Assembly: GCA_964016885.1 (NCBI GenBank) | Contig: OZ024741.1 | Location: 348,564,001 to 348,628,000 of the forward strand | Direction: 5' to 3' | DNA from: Eledone cirrhosa | Taxonomy: Eukaryota | DNA length: 64,000 nucleotides | Shown: positions 1-13,652 of the stretch, piece by piece | Layout: every line of letters begins with the position of its first letter | Position numbering within the stretch: position 1 is the first letter of the stretch | Made by a program: the position numbers and the translations under genes | The notes under the pieces: model-generated | Seen by the model: the letters and a program-made list of their open reading frames with translations, nothing else | Told to the model about the DNA's origin: nothing | The model's database searches: none

Positions 1-357
1 AATCAATACAATATTAACTCTAAGAAAAGAACTTACAATGAACAACGTTAAACTGTTGCAACAACGCTTCACTCTGTCAATGGAGCAGTGTATAGGAACG
101 GATCCCAAAAGTGGAGTATTTTGCCACAAGTAATGTTAATTTTAAGACGGTATTTGATGCAATATAAGACGCACTTCACTATACCACCTAATGACATAAT
201 GGTTAATGGTTTAACACGACATATTAAATTGTTAGGTTAAGAAATTTCTTTCAATAGTTAAGAAATAAAGGTATCAGTATTTACTCATGAACAAACGCGC
301 AGGCATACATAAACACCATTATGCACATATACTGAAACACGTGCAGGCCCAAATGTT

Positions 358-444
<87 letters not shown>

Positions 445-487
445 TTATATTCATATGTATATATATATATCTATATATCTATATCCC

Positions 488-738
488 AAATTAAGATAAA
501 TTAAATGAATTTAATCCAAATCGAAATTGTGGGTGTCATGCCATAATGGCGTGCGCCATATCGCCCGGAAATAAGCTCAAAGATAGGTCCGAGCATTTTA
601 TAATAACTAGAAATTTATTAACATGTATAAACAGGAATAATCACAGGAGATAATTTTTACTAGCTATGCGTGGTTACACGCTTGTAAAAATTATCTCGTG
701 TGATTATTCATGTTTATACATGTTAATAAATTTCTAGT

Positions 739-743
<5 letters not shown>
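488..743. mobile_element. Fold-back non-coding repeat insertion (family A) between (TA)n tracts
   Basis: Inverted arms 601-664 / 680-743 with about 3 mismatches. 488-660 is the reverse complement of the dispersed copy at ~44830-45043. TA runs lie on both sides. Confidence 0.8.
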
Positions 744-832
<89 letters not shown>

Positions 833-835
833 ATA

Positions 836-869
<34 letters not shown>

Positions 870-909
870 TAAATATACACGGGTGTGTATGATTGTGTAT
901 AGAAGATTA

Positions 910-1163
910 TATTAATAAAAGGAATTCCAACTTTGTCTGATTTACTCGTTTTATTTACAATCATTTAACAGCCGAAAATTGCAAACTTGACTGTCACCAC
1001 ATATTATGAACCTGAATATTGCGAAAGCATGAAAGTACTTGTTCAATTAACACTTAACATTTAATATTCTACCATACTATTTCATTCTAATACCATTATA
1101 CATGTTAAAGGATTGTAAATAAAACGAGTAAATCAGACAAAGTTGGAATTCCTTTTAGTAATA
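910..1163. repeat. Inverted repeat, ~60 bp arms, ending at a (TA)n tract
   Basis: AAAAGGAATTCCAACTTTGTCTGATTTACTCGTTTTATTTACAATC (~917-962) has its reverse complement at ~1110-1157. Spacer is ~130 bp. Confidence 0.85.
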
Positions 1164-1696
1164 TATATATATATATATATAGAAAGAGAGAGAGAGATAG
1201 AGAGAGAGAGAGTGAGAGAGAGAGAGAGAAAGAAACAGAGGGAGAGAGAAAAAGAGAGAGGGAGAGAGAAAAAGAGGCAGAGAGACAGCTGCGTGTGTGG
1301 GTGTCTCTATGGGTGTGTGCATGCATATATTCTTATATATATTTGGGTTTCTATAAAAGCTGCGCAAAAGCATAAGATTATATATACACGCATGTGTGTG
1401 TGACTATTGTGAATTATTTTCAATGAAACACTAAAATTGCTGTAAGCTGTAGTATTATTCATTGACAAGAAGATCTGAATTCAGACCTCTGTATAACCGA
1501 GATTCTTATTCACGCCAAAGGAAGAATTATCCGAAGATTGTTGTTTGATATAACCTTCATTTACGTTTACATATACATATTTATATATTTTGCAGCCGTT
1601 TTTCAGCTGAGTAGATTGGTATATTTTAATGGTGGTACGTTTATATCCATACGTCTATTACGCATACACACTCACACACTGGCACACACACACACG

Positions 1697-1821
<125 letters not shown>

Positions 1822-2011
1822 TATATATATATATACCCATGCTAGCGTAGAAAATGGTCGTTAACCGATAATGACGATGATGATGATGAGGAGGATGATG
1901 ATACATATACATTACTATATATGTATATTGAGCGTGTGTGTGTTTGTATATTTATGTTTATGTCAGCATACATACATAGACAGAGAGACAAGGTTATCGA
2001 TGGATATATTT

Positions 2012-2110
<99 letters not shown>

Positions 2111-2619
2111 AAGAGAGAGAGAGAGAGGGAGAGAGAGAAAGAGAGAGGGAGAGAGAATGGAGTTAGAGACGCGTAGATATTTAGATATATACCTGCTAGC
2201 ACATGCGTGTTAATAGGGAGAAAAATATCATTGATTGTTGTAGATATAGTGTGTAATCACGGGGAAATGCCTGCAATTTTAGAAAAAATGTATCTCCACT
2301 CAAATAATACATCATAATGCTAGTAAGTGTCCACAGATAATCTCACGTATATTACTTGTAAGTATGTTACACTTTCAAAAGATGTTCTTTTTTAGTTGAC
2401 AAATCTATAATATTTATATGCAGTCAATTCCATAATTCCGAACGGAGCACTTCGGTTGTGCGTGCAGGATGTTGCTTGCATCTGCTCCAGTTTGAATAAC
2501 AATTTTGGACGAATTTTGAAGGGGTTAGTTTTCTATCTGTTAATCAGGAAATATATGTGTAAGTTAAAATACAAGGTACGTGAAAGACACAAAAAATGTC
2601 ATATACACACACACACACA

Positions 2620-2682
<63 letters not shown>

Positions 2683-2687
<5 letters not shown>

Positions 2688-3032
2688 TGTTGAAGTTTGC
2701 TTAAAGCATTATGGAATAATAAAAATTGACGTTTTGGAAGCCTCAAAAATGAAGATGGGTAAATCTCAGGGTAACAGAATCAAGTGGTAATGAGAAAGAA
2801 ATGTAAGAGCAAGTGTAGAAAGAGAATTAGAGAGCGAAAAAGAACGTAGGAAAAGTGTAAAAAATAATAACACGAGATAGAGTTACCTTGGAAGGGATTT
2901 AATAGTCCCTATATTTCACTCTCATTACCACCTGATTATGTTACCCGGAGATTTATCAATCTGCACTCTTGAGGCTTCCACAACGTTTATTTTTATTATT
3001 CCATAATGCTTCAAGCAAACTTCAACACTCAC
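2683..3032. repeat. Diverged inverted repeat, ~120 bp arms, next to (TA)n
   Basis: GAGTGTTGAAGTTTGCTTAAAGCATTATGGAATAATAAAAA (from ~2685) matches TTTTTATTATTCCATAATGCTTCAAGCAAACTTCAACACTC (to ~3030). Arms are ~2683-2802 / 2913-3032. Confidence 0.85.
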
Positions 3033-3225
3033 TTATATTTTTTTTTCCTCTCTTTTCGTGTTTGTTTACATGTCTCTCTTTCTCCACCCAACTATTAGCC
3101 CAATAACTTAATTTAGTTACCGTACCGCCATAGCTGTATATGGTCTGTAATGCGAAGAAATACCTATGATGGCTAGTAGAACACTGATGACGGATATTCC
3201 TAACTTCTATTTTTAATTCTTCATT

Positions 3226-3303
<78 letters not shown>

Positions 3304-3371
3304 GAGAAATAAATAAAAAGGAAAAAAGAAATATTTTTCTTTCTAATAACCGTCATTTTCTCCCTGTTTTC

Positions 3372-3424
<53 letters not shown>

Positions 3425-3464
3425 TGATGAAGACGAAATATTTTACTATATATATATATATATA

Positions 3465-3755
3465 GATATTAGAAAGTCAGGTTTTTATTACAAAATGAAA
3501 AATAACGAGGTGTCCTACACGAGTGAAAGTATAAAGAAAAAAAGATGAAATCGAAAATGCAACTGGAGTCTTATTTTTTTTTAAATATATATATTTATTT
3601 GCTGAGAAAAATGTGAGAAAAACCACAGACCCTCCATCTCAACTCTACTTTTGAAAAGCAGAAGAACTGCGAAACCGGTACAGGAACCAAATAAATATAT
3701 ATATATCTTTTTTTAAATAAGACTCAAGTTGCATTTTCGATTTCATCTTTTTTTC

Positions 3756-3757
<2 letters not shown>
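3465..3757. mobile_element. Fold-back insertion (family B) with hammerhead remnant at 3648-3684
   Basis: Inverted 3' part (3465-3600) plus direct part (3601-3757) of the repeat seen uninverted at 45970-46183. It contains TTGAAAA-GCAG-AAGAA-CTGC-GAAA-CCGGTA and is flanked by TA runs. Confidence 0.75.
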
Positions 3758-3787
<30 letters not shown>

Positions 3788-3829
3788 AAGTGAGAGAGAG
3801 AGACATAGATAGATAGAGAGAGAGAGAGG

Positions 3830-3900
<71 letters not shown>

Positions 3901-4205
3901 CTGTGTGGGAGCGCGTTTGTCTTTGTTTGTGTATGTGTATGTGTATGGTTGACTACTTGCACGTGCTGTTGTCGCCTATGACTTTTCACTGTAAATTCAT
4001 CGTTTTCCACTTATCTAACTTAATACCGTTTTCTTCTGATAAAGGACTAAAATCTGAAACTTTGGGTTTTTTTCATATTATATAAAGCATTAAACTAACA
4101 CCTAACGCTTTTCTGTGTATTCTTTCCTCTCTGATGTTTTGCAACCACACCAAATACACACGCACGCATGCACGCACACACACAGAGAAATACACAGCTC
4201 ACGCA

Positions 4206-4259
<54 letters not shown>

Positions 4260-4263
<4 letters not shown>

Positions 4264-4537
4264 GGAGGTGAGTTTTATTGTAGAACAATAAAGCAATGCA
4301 GATATCGGATAAGAAGCACTCTACAGTTTGTAGGATTGGAGTATAAATAATATATAAGATCAAAAGATGGTTAAAAGAGTTCCATGTATTTTATTATGCG
4401 CATTTCAAAAACAAATATCATCATGCAATAATATTTGTGTTTTCATCAGATAAAATAGGAAGACATGATATGAAGGTTAAAAAACATTTGTGAATAGTGC
4501 AGTTTTAAATCAACATGTTGATTTAAAAGTGCTCTAT
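4260..4537 (-). mobile_element. Hammerhead-bearing non-autonomous element (family C), 3' end at (TA)n
   Basis: Closely similar to 11470-11712. It ends in a short fold-back TTTTAAATCAACATGTTGATTTAAAA centred near 4515. Confidence 0.85.
4387..4457 (-). ncRNA. Minimal type I hammerhead ribozyme motif
   Basis: Minus strand reads TATTTTAT-CTGATGA-AAACACAAATATTAT(tgcatg)ATGATATTTGTTTTT-GAAA-TGCGCA-T-A-ATAAAATA. This gives an 8-bp stem I, intact core, ~14-bp stem II, palindromic stem III (ATGCGCAT) and an AUA cleavage triplet. Confidence 0.75.
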
Positions 4538-4708
4538 AATATATAGAGAAACACACAGATACATGCGGACGCATACATACACATGAATATATCCACATCT
4601 ATCCCTGAGTTAGTGGTACCAACCTCAACCGATGTTGCTCTATGAATAACCGGGACAAACCAATCCAAATGGATTAGACTGATTCAGTATCAGAGCTATA
4701 TAATACAT

Positions 4709-5416
4709 TATGAAGAGAGAAGAGACAGATATAATTAGTAATAAGATATATCATACCTAAACTGCTTCTACAGTCCCCGACTACGTGTTTCGTGACATAT
4801 TATGCAAAAACACTACATCATAGAGATATAGAGTTTTGGGGAGTTCTGCCGACTTATCAAGAGGATACTTCATTAAGGGTTTCAAAACACGTCTGTGATG
4901 CGCGAGATAGAATCTCGAAAAGGCGGAAGTGGAGTCAATCACGTGATACAGCGGTCAAGAAACAGAGCTAAGCCCCTTATAACCCTGAAAAAAATACCAC
5001 GGAGGCGGAGGGGGTATTTATATCAAAGCCGTAGAAGAGGTGGTTTGAGGAGGCGAGAAGTATGAGTAATGGTAGCTATCCAGCAGTCACTACACTTCAA
5101 AGGTTACTCGACCAAAGGGAGTTATAAACAATATATAGAGAAACACACAGATACATGCGGACACAACCGCTGTATCACGTGATTGACTCCCCCTCCGCCT
5201 TTTCGAGATTCTATCTCGCGCATCACAGACGTGTTTTCAAACCTTTAATGAGGTATCCTCTTGATAAGTCGGCAAACCTCACAAAAACTCTATATCTCTA
5301 TGATGTAGTGATTTTGCATAATATGCTACGAAACTACGTAGTCGGGGACTATAGAAGCAGTTTAGGTATGATATATCTTATTACTAATTATATCTAATGT
5401 TTCTTCTCTCTTCATA
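4709..5416. mobile_element. Fold-back insertion, ~250 bp arms, with hammerhead-like motif (5296-5348)
   Basis: Arms 4709-4955 / 5166-5416 are diverged reverse complements. The right arm has CTATGAT-GTAGTG...TGCTAC-GAAAC-TACGTA-GTC (palindromic stem III, GUC), but the core lacks G5. It ends at TATATA. Confidence 0.75.
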
Positions 5417-6611
5417 TATATATTTATATATAAAATAAAATAATTAAGTCAAATATTCAAAATCTGGATTCGTTTATTAAAGGTGTATATATACATTTCG
5501 GTGACAGCCATCCTTGGCTGTGACCTCTTCAGGCAGTCCGAATTGGTGTGGTAGAGACGGGTACACATGTTGTTGAGGTGTTTAACTCCGTCAATACTCC
5601 GATATGCCCAGTTCCTGGTTAGGTTGTTATTTCTCTGAGGAACTGGAATCATATGAATTCGAATAAACGAATTTTGGCGTCAAATGACACTCTCTCCTCC
5701 CATTGGTCAGTTGTGAGAACATTCTTCAGTCAAAAGTATGAGGCAAGGCAATCTGGTGTGGTTGTTATTGTTAAGTACAACTGACCTCCTCCCTGATATT
5801 GGTGTTAGGGGGTCAGGGGATCAGTAGGCAGGTCAGCTTTAATTCGGCTGTTGCTATGTTTAGAAGAATGTGTGTGTGTGGGTTAGCATCCATCCTGCTA
5901 CCATTTCCCGTGGTGGTGGGGGGGGGTGCCAAACAGATGAAGAAATAAGTTAAAGTAAAATGGAGAAATAAAAGAATTCGAGGTAATAAAATGTAGAAAA
6001 TAAAAAGATGAAAAAGTAAAAAAATATATAAAAAATAATAAAATAATAAAAAGAATAAGATAATAAAAGAATAAAAGAATAAAAGAATATATTAAAATGC
6101 CTGTGTGTTATAACCAATCTCAAAGTTTGAAAGATTCGGAAAATATTGACTCAAGTAGAAAAGCTGTGTGTCAGAATCGGGAAGTGGTATCGTGGTGTGG
6201 TGCGTTTTAAGAGCAAATGAGACAAGGGTGGGGTGTAAAACACCAGAAACCGAGAGTTAAAAACCGGGAATTCAGAAGACTACAGTTCCTATTTCGGCAT
6301 AGAATACGTATGCGTGTATGTCAACTCACATCGCTCCATGAACACACGCACAAGCACAGGCCCAGGTGCATCGCCTATGCACACAAACACACACACACAC
6401 ACACATACACATATACACACACACACACACATCCACCCCCCCCCACACACACACATGTAAGTATCTGTGCATGTACAATCTTATATAACAGTATCTATAC
6501 ATGGACATGTGCATAAGTAGGTGTTGTCACAGGAGTCGATCGAGGCATGGGTAGGGGTGGTGATTGTGCAGGGGGTAGTTTACCGTGGGCTCGGTGTGTT
6601 GGGGCTGCTGT

Positions 6612-6912
6612 CCTTATAGCTAGAGTGAAGTTCCCATCCCAATGTGTTGTTATTGTCCATACAGCTTGAGGAAGGTCCCGGCCCTGAGGTGTCTACATAT
6701 CCCGGAGCAGTCCCTATAGCTTGAGGAGAGCTCCCATCCTAATGTGTTGTTATTGTCCATATAGCTTGCGAAAGGTCCCGACCCTGAGGTATCTACACGT
6801 CCCGGAGAAGTCCCTATAGCTTGAGGGAAGTTCCCATCCCAATGTGTTGTTACTGTCCATATAGCTTGAGGAAGGTCCCGGTCCTGAGGTGTCTACATGT
6901 CCCGAAGAAGTC
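6612..6912. repeat. Tandem repeat, 100-bp unit x3
   Basis: (T/C)TCCCATCC(C/T)AATGTGTTGTTA recurs at 6631, 6731 and 6831. The unit contains the last ~20 codons and the stop of the PLE ORF. Confidence 0.95.
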
Positions 6913-7278
6913 AGACATGAGATTTATCAGGCTGCTTCCACCGTTGAGTATCTCGCGGGTCTCGCTCAGACACAGTTTGCAGATGCCAGATCCCCCTTTA
7001 TCAGGTGGTACTTTCCTGATTTTGGACCAGGCTAGAGAGTACGGGGTCCTGTCCAGCTTGAGCTTCCAGATCAGTTCGGAAAGAGCCGTACTTTTCCTTT
7101 TGTCCTCCCTATTAAAGGAATGGCGATGGTTATACCATCGGTCTTTAAAGCTCGTTAATGTGGCTCATATGTAAAGGTGTTCAGAGTTGGGTTTTTTTAT
7201 TCTACATCCGTATATTAAGTTCTTCCTAAGGCATTCATTATTAAGGGGGAATAATTCGGGGTTTCTGCAGTTGCAGGA
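6850..7278 (-). pseudogene. PLE GIY-YIG endonuclease C-terminal domain with one in-frame stop
   Basis: Manual translation: SCNCRNPELFPLNNECLRKNLIYGCRIKKPNSEHLYI*ATLTSFKDRWYNHRHSF...STALSELIWKLK...CKLCLSE...LIN...CRH. It parallels the endonuclease at 25250-25683. The TGA at 7167-7165 replaces the Gly of YIG. Confidence 0.88.
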
Positions 7279-7496
7279 AGTGGTCGACCTCCGCGTGCCT
7301 AGTGTAAGGTTCAGAGTAACCAAACCAACCTGCGTACTTCGTCGAGTGCTCCAATATGCATACTGAGGTGTCGGTAAACACCCAACATATAGTCAAAATG
7401 TATATATATATATATATACATACATTTATATATTTATATATTTATATATATGGGGAGGGTCATATTGTTGTAATAAGGTTATATATATATATACAT

Positions 7497-7670
7497 TTTT
7501 TCCAACTCCAACCCACCCTTCCCTTCAATCTATCATATTTCTCATTTTTTCTTCTGGTGAAGGACTAGCTTCCCAAACGCTAAACCCACTTCCTCCTATT
7601 TCAAGCGTTAACCTAATACATTCCCTCCATATATTGTACCGATTGTGTTGTTATTTCTGATTACCTTCTA
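7497..7670 (+). repeat. Dispersed ~175 bp repeat (family D) with decayed hammerhead core
   Basis: Aligns by eye with 9857-10028 (CCCTTCAATCTATC...TTTCAAGCG...TACCGATTGTGTTGTTATTTC). Core here is CTGGTGAAGGACTAGCTTCCCAAACG. Confidence 0.7.
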
Positions 7671-7764
7671 CATACATAAATATGTGTATGTTTATGTGTG
7701 CCTGCGTGTATAAATATATACATATACATACATATATCTATATATATAATATATATATATATAT

Positions 7765-9040
<1,276 letters not shown>

Positions 9041-9746
9041 AAGTAGAATATTTACATGTAGTTTCTTACCATTACATCTAAATCTCAATTAATTATATTT
9101 TTTACTAAGCAGCTTCAGTGCTATTTTTTTTTCTTTTTTTATTTGTGAAATATTTCAATTTTACATGAATTCTCTAATGCTTTAATGAATACCGTTGTAT
9201 GATTTCTTTATCCATTATTTAAATTTTCATTTATTTCACTTGTTTTAGAAATTGTGATGTCAAATTACTCTAAAGGACATGACACTAATACAATTTTGAA
9301 ATATTATCATTATTAATTAACGAATGTTTTATAATTGATCGAGATTCATCATGTATTGGATATTTTTTTAATATCCTAGAAACGTTTGTTTTTTAATTAC
9401 GATTATAATATGAATTCTTACGTGTATAAATCTTTTTCAAGAACACTTCTTTATTTTGTATTTCATTAACAATTATACATCAATATATAACAGGAAATGC
9501 TCTAAGGTAACATTAATATACATAATCATTCATGTTCATGAACGTTTATCATTAAAAAATTTAATATAGACTTTTAAATGTTTCAATACTTTACACTAAT
9601 TTTTCCTTGTTTGATACATTTATATGTGTGTTTTATAAAATCTATGGAAGTGGAAGTCACAGATTTTATTAATTTTCTTTAGACTGCAATCCCAACATAC
9701 ATGCATAGTTACAATAACACAGAGAGAGAGTGGGAGAGAGAGAGAT

Positions 9747-9817
<71 letters not shown>

Positions 9818-9856
9818 TGTCAACATGAATGGACCTGTTATGTTTATCTAAAGACA

Positions 9857-10024
9857 GTTTTTCCAATTCCATCCGGCCCATCCCTTCAATCTATCTTATT
9901 TCTCACTCTTTCTTCTGATGAAGGACTAGCGTTTGAAACTTTAAGACCTTCTTCCTACTATTTCAAGCGGTAACCTAATATATTCCTTCCATATACCGAT
10001 TGTGTTGTTATTTCAGTTTCCCTG

Positions 10025-10028
<4 letters not shown>
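9857..10028 (+). repeat. Dispersed repeat family D, second copy, 3' end at (TA)n
   Basis: Homologous to 7497-7670. Core is CTGATGAAGGACTAGCGTTTGAAAC at ~9915-9939. Confidence 0.7.
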
Positions 10029-10055
<27 letters not shown>

Positions 10056-10487
10056 ACTGTTTCTACTTTAGGCACAAGGCCAGCAATTACCTCGGCGGGA
10101 TTTGAAAGGCGATGAATTAGTTTTGCGAGGTTTTTGATATGAAATCGTGTGTCGAAACAAATATTGTCATACTTGGGGATGTGCAAATATTGTTATACTT
10201 GCAGATGTGCAACGAAAGAACTTTGATAAACTATATATATGTGTTTGTGTCTATATTGTATCTGTATTATTTTTGACCGTAGGTCAATGGCAACATTGAG
10301 GATCGAATAAATTAGATTACCGATATAAAAGACACAGAAGCGAAAAGCAAACCCAACCAAACAGTGAGTGTGTTCTGTTATTAATTCTGGCAATATTACA
10401 CAAATATGACAATATATATATATATATATATGTGTAGATCCCGGGTTAAATCGGGGATAACCACAGTAAGTAAGGTACTCAATACAT

Positions 10488-10740
10488 AGCCGCCCAAGTC
10501 TGGGACCTAAAAAAGAACTCCATCCCATTTACACTCAAATGGAAACTACTCCAGAGAGCGCGGTCTTACAAGCAAGAGAGGCCATAATTGTTGTGACCTT
10601 TGTATTTCCGAGAGTTACGAAATACTATTCGCCAAAGGACCCTTACTCAATAGACTCCATGCAACTTACAAGTCATATAGACCAGTTCTTCCCCCTGAAC
10701 GATGATCCCATAAGACAACGGAATCAACATTAAACATTAA
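10488..10740 (+). pseudogene. PLE GIY-YIG C-terminal fragment (frameshifted)
   Basis: Manual translation AAQVWDLKKNSIPFTLKWKLLQRARSYKQ.../CCDLCISESYEILFAKG.../LLNRL matches the LxxxxWxLK...LKW...CxLC...LLN pattern of the other PLE copies here. Confidence 0.75.
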
Positions 10741-11042
10741 ATACCTCCCCCCCCTTCCCATCCCAACCCTACTTTCGTGCTTTTACCCTTCAAACTGATA
10801 ACTTATACTTTACATTTCTCTACTTGTATTTTATGTTACTTAATTTTAATTTATGTTATTTGATGGTTTTTTATATCTTGATTGTTTCCTTAATTTTTCC
10901 CCTTTGTGTATTTTTATGTGTTTATATGTGTATATATGTATATATATGTATATATATGTATATATGTGTATGTGTGTGTGTGTGTGTATATATGTATATA
11001 TATATATATATGTGTATGTGTGTGTGTGTTTGTGTGTGTATG

Positions 11043-11111
<69 letters not shown>

Positions 11112-11162
11112 CAAGAAAGAAGAGTGACATGGTTTACTATACAATAAGAGCTTTATTCACAT

Positions 11163-11270
11163 TGCTGACAATTGTTTCTCTGAACTGATAGGTCTAGAAA
11201 TTGCTACCCGCCTGATTTTGCGTCAATCGATCACCAATACTTTGTTATAACCACTCTATTCATCAGAGCA
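11163..11270 (-). ncRNA. Type I hammerhead-like motif with long, poorly paired stem II
   Basis: Minus strand: TGCT-CTGATGA-(~80 nt)-GAAA-CAATTG-T-C-AGCA. Stem III is palindromic (ACAATTGT) with a GUC triplet. AATAAA and a (TA)n tract follow downstream. Confidence 0.5.
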
Positions 11271-11373
11271 TGCGAGAATGGACTACATCTAAGTGGACGC
11301 CCTATAACGATAATTTGTTATCCCGTATATGTATATATATATATGTGTGTATGTATGTATATGTGTATATATG

Positions 11374-11469
<96 letters not shown>

Positions 11470-11595
11470 GTAGGAGGTGAGTTTTATTGTACTACAATAA
11501 AGCAATGCAGATATCGGATAAGAAGCACTCTACAGTTTGTAGGACTGGAGTATACATAATATATAAGAACAAAAGATGGTTAAAGGAGTTCCATG

Positions 11596-11666
11596 TATTT
11601 TATTATGCGCATTTCAAAAACAAACATCATCATGCAATAATATTTGTGTTTTCATCAGATAAAACA
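11596..11666 (-). ncRNA. Minimal type I hammerhead ribozyme motif
   Basis: TGTTTTAT-CTGATGA-stem II-GAAA-TGCGCA-T-A-ATAAAATA. Differences from the 4387 copy are A-U to G-U changes that keep pairing. Confidence 0.75.
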
Positions 11667-11775
11667 GGAGGACATGATATGAAGGCTAAAAAACACTTGT
11701 GGATAGTACAGTTGATATGTTGATTTAAAACTGCACTATGCACAAGTGTTTTTTAGCCTTCATATCATGTCCTCC

Positions 11776-11846
11776 TGTTTTATCTGATGAAAACAAAAAT
11801 ATTATTGCATGATGATGTTTGTTTTTGAAATGCGCATAATAAAATA
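11776..11846 (+). ncRNA. Minimal type I hammerhead ribozyme motif
   Basis: CTGATGA at 11784-11790, GAAA at 11827-11830, palindromic ATGCGCAT, predicted cleavage after 11838. Stem I is 11776-11783 / 11839-11846. Confidence 0.72.
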
Positions 11847-11882
11847 CATGGAACTCCTTTAACAATCTGTTGTTCTTATATA

Positions 11883-12079
11883 TTATATATATATATATAT
11901 ATATCTATATGTATAAGTGTATATATGTGTATGCGTATAAGTGTATGTATATATACATATATGTGTGTATATGTGTGTATATGTATGTATGTATGTATAT
12001 ATATATATATGTATGTGTATAATATATATATATGTATCTATATATGTATGTATATATGGTGTGTGTATATATGTATGTG

Positions 12080-12128
<49 letters not shown>

Positions 12129-12188
12129 ATATATGTGTGTATATGTGTGCGTGTGTGTGTATGTATATATGTATATATATATATATAC

Positions 12189-12223
<35 letters not shown>

Positions 12224-12333
12224 CATGTATATATATAAATATATGTATGTGTGTGTGTGTGTGTATATATGTCTGTATGTGTGTGTATATATATGTATAT
12301 ATATATAGATATATATTTGTGTAAGAGTGTGTG

Positions 12334-12366
<33 letters not shown>

Positions 12367-12490
12367 GTGTATATATATATGTATATGTATATATATATAT
12401 ATGTATATGTACATATATATATATACATTTATGTATGTGTCTCTGTATGTATGTATGTTTATATATGTATTTATGTGCGTGTGTGTGTGC
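11883..12490. repeat. Degenerate (TA)/(TG) microsatellite block
   Basis: About 600 bp of alternating purine-pyrimidine sequence. Confidence 0.95.
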
Positions 12491-12822
12491 GCCCGCGCAT
12501 GGGTGCGTGTGTGTTGGCGTGTGTGCCTGTCACCTCGTCCGAACCTACCATTTCAACAGATGTTCGATCAACTACTTGTTATACCCTTTGTTCAAAATTG
12601 TACTATTAAATAAGGGAGTATTTATTTCAATTGCAACTTGCCACTAAACTTCTTTCTCTAAATAAATTTTGTTTTTTCTACGAATCCCCATCCTTTAATA
12701 CCACGATGACCTCTACCCCCTTCCCTTACCATGACAAAATGTATAAATACCAGAAATTTACATTGACAGTCGGCTTTCTGATGATTTCCTCCGAATAAAA
12801 CTGTTCTAGTCCTGTATAAGCC

Positions 12823-13072
<250 letters not shown>

Positions 13073-13103
13073 CAATAATCAAAGTTCAGTTTAAATCAAT
13101 TAT

Positions 13104-13152
13104 TTGCTTACAATTGTTTCCTCCAAACCGAGGTTTGGATTCTTCGGAGCAA
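13104..13152 (-). ncRNA. Minimal type I hammerhead variant (U4C)
   Basis: Minus strand: TTGCT-CCGAAGA-A-TCCAAAC(CTCG)GTTTGGA-G-GAAA-CAATTG-T-A-AGCAA. All three stems pair, stem III is palindromic and the triplet is GUA. The core has one substitution. Confidence 0.62.
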
Positions 13153-13320
13153 CTATTTAGTGATATATAACATACTTGACCTCCTTTTCAACACAAGAGA
13201 CATAAGAAAACATATGCATATATAAGATAGTAATAAATGACAATCTTTCACTATTTGGGGTTTGTATAAAAAATATATAACCATAAAAGATTTTATTATA
13301 TACATAACGATAAATAGTAT

Positions 13321-13433
<113 letters not shown>

Positions 13434-13436
13434 TTA

Positions 13437-13652
13437 TTTATTTATTAAAATAACAAGTTAAGTTTTAAGCAAAGAATCGCTGCTTTCGCCTTTCTGAAAG
13501 ATCTTCTGAAAGATCCCGCTAAGTGTGAAAGCAGCGATTCTTTGTTTAAACTTTAATCTGTTATTTTAATAAATATTTGCTCTACGGTTCTTTTATATTT
13601 ATCCTTATCGAGCCCTCTTTGGATTTTAGTCTTCAAATTTATTATTATTACT
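13437..13652. mobile_element. Short fold-back copy of family E between (TA)n tracts
   Basis: 13437-13490 is inverted relative to 13525-13575. 13510-13652 is the reverse complement of ~7765-7920. The junction carries a local duplication TTCTGAAAGATC x2. Confidence 0.85.

Larger units (their letters stand above)
5430..7300 (-). mobile_element. 5'-truncated Penelope-like element: GIY-YIG end, long 3' region, hammerhead remnant
   Basis: Coding remnant at 6850-7278. Downstream on the minus strand is CTGAAGA-GGTCACAGCCA-AGGA-TGGCTGTCACC-GAAA (~5506-5532), then AATAAA and a TA run. Confidence 0.75.
11470..11885. mobile_element. Fold-back copy of family C with a hammerhead in each arm, between (TA)n tracts
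   Basis: Long arm 11470-11712 (minus sense) and short arm ~11718-11885 (plus sense). Homologous to 4260-4537. Confidence 0.9.

Noticed and set aside
6612-6912. Regularly spaced repeats resembling a CRISPR array
   Set aside because: The whole 100-bp unit repeats with no unique spacers, there are no cas genes, and the context is eukaryotic.
7165-7167. In-frame TGA in a PLE GIY-YIG domain as possible selenocysteine, which is reported for some PLEs
   Set aside because: It replaces the conserved Gly of YIG (GGA to TGA, one substitution), not a Cys, and the copy is truncated. A nonsense mutation is simpler.
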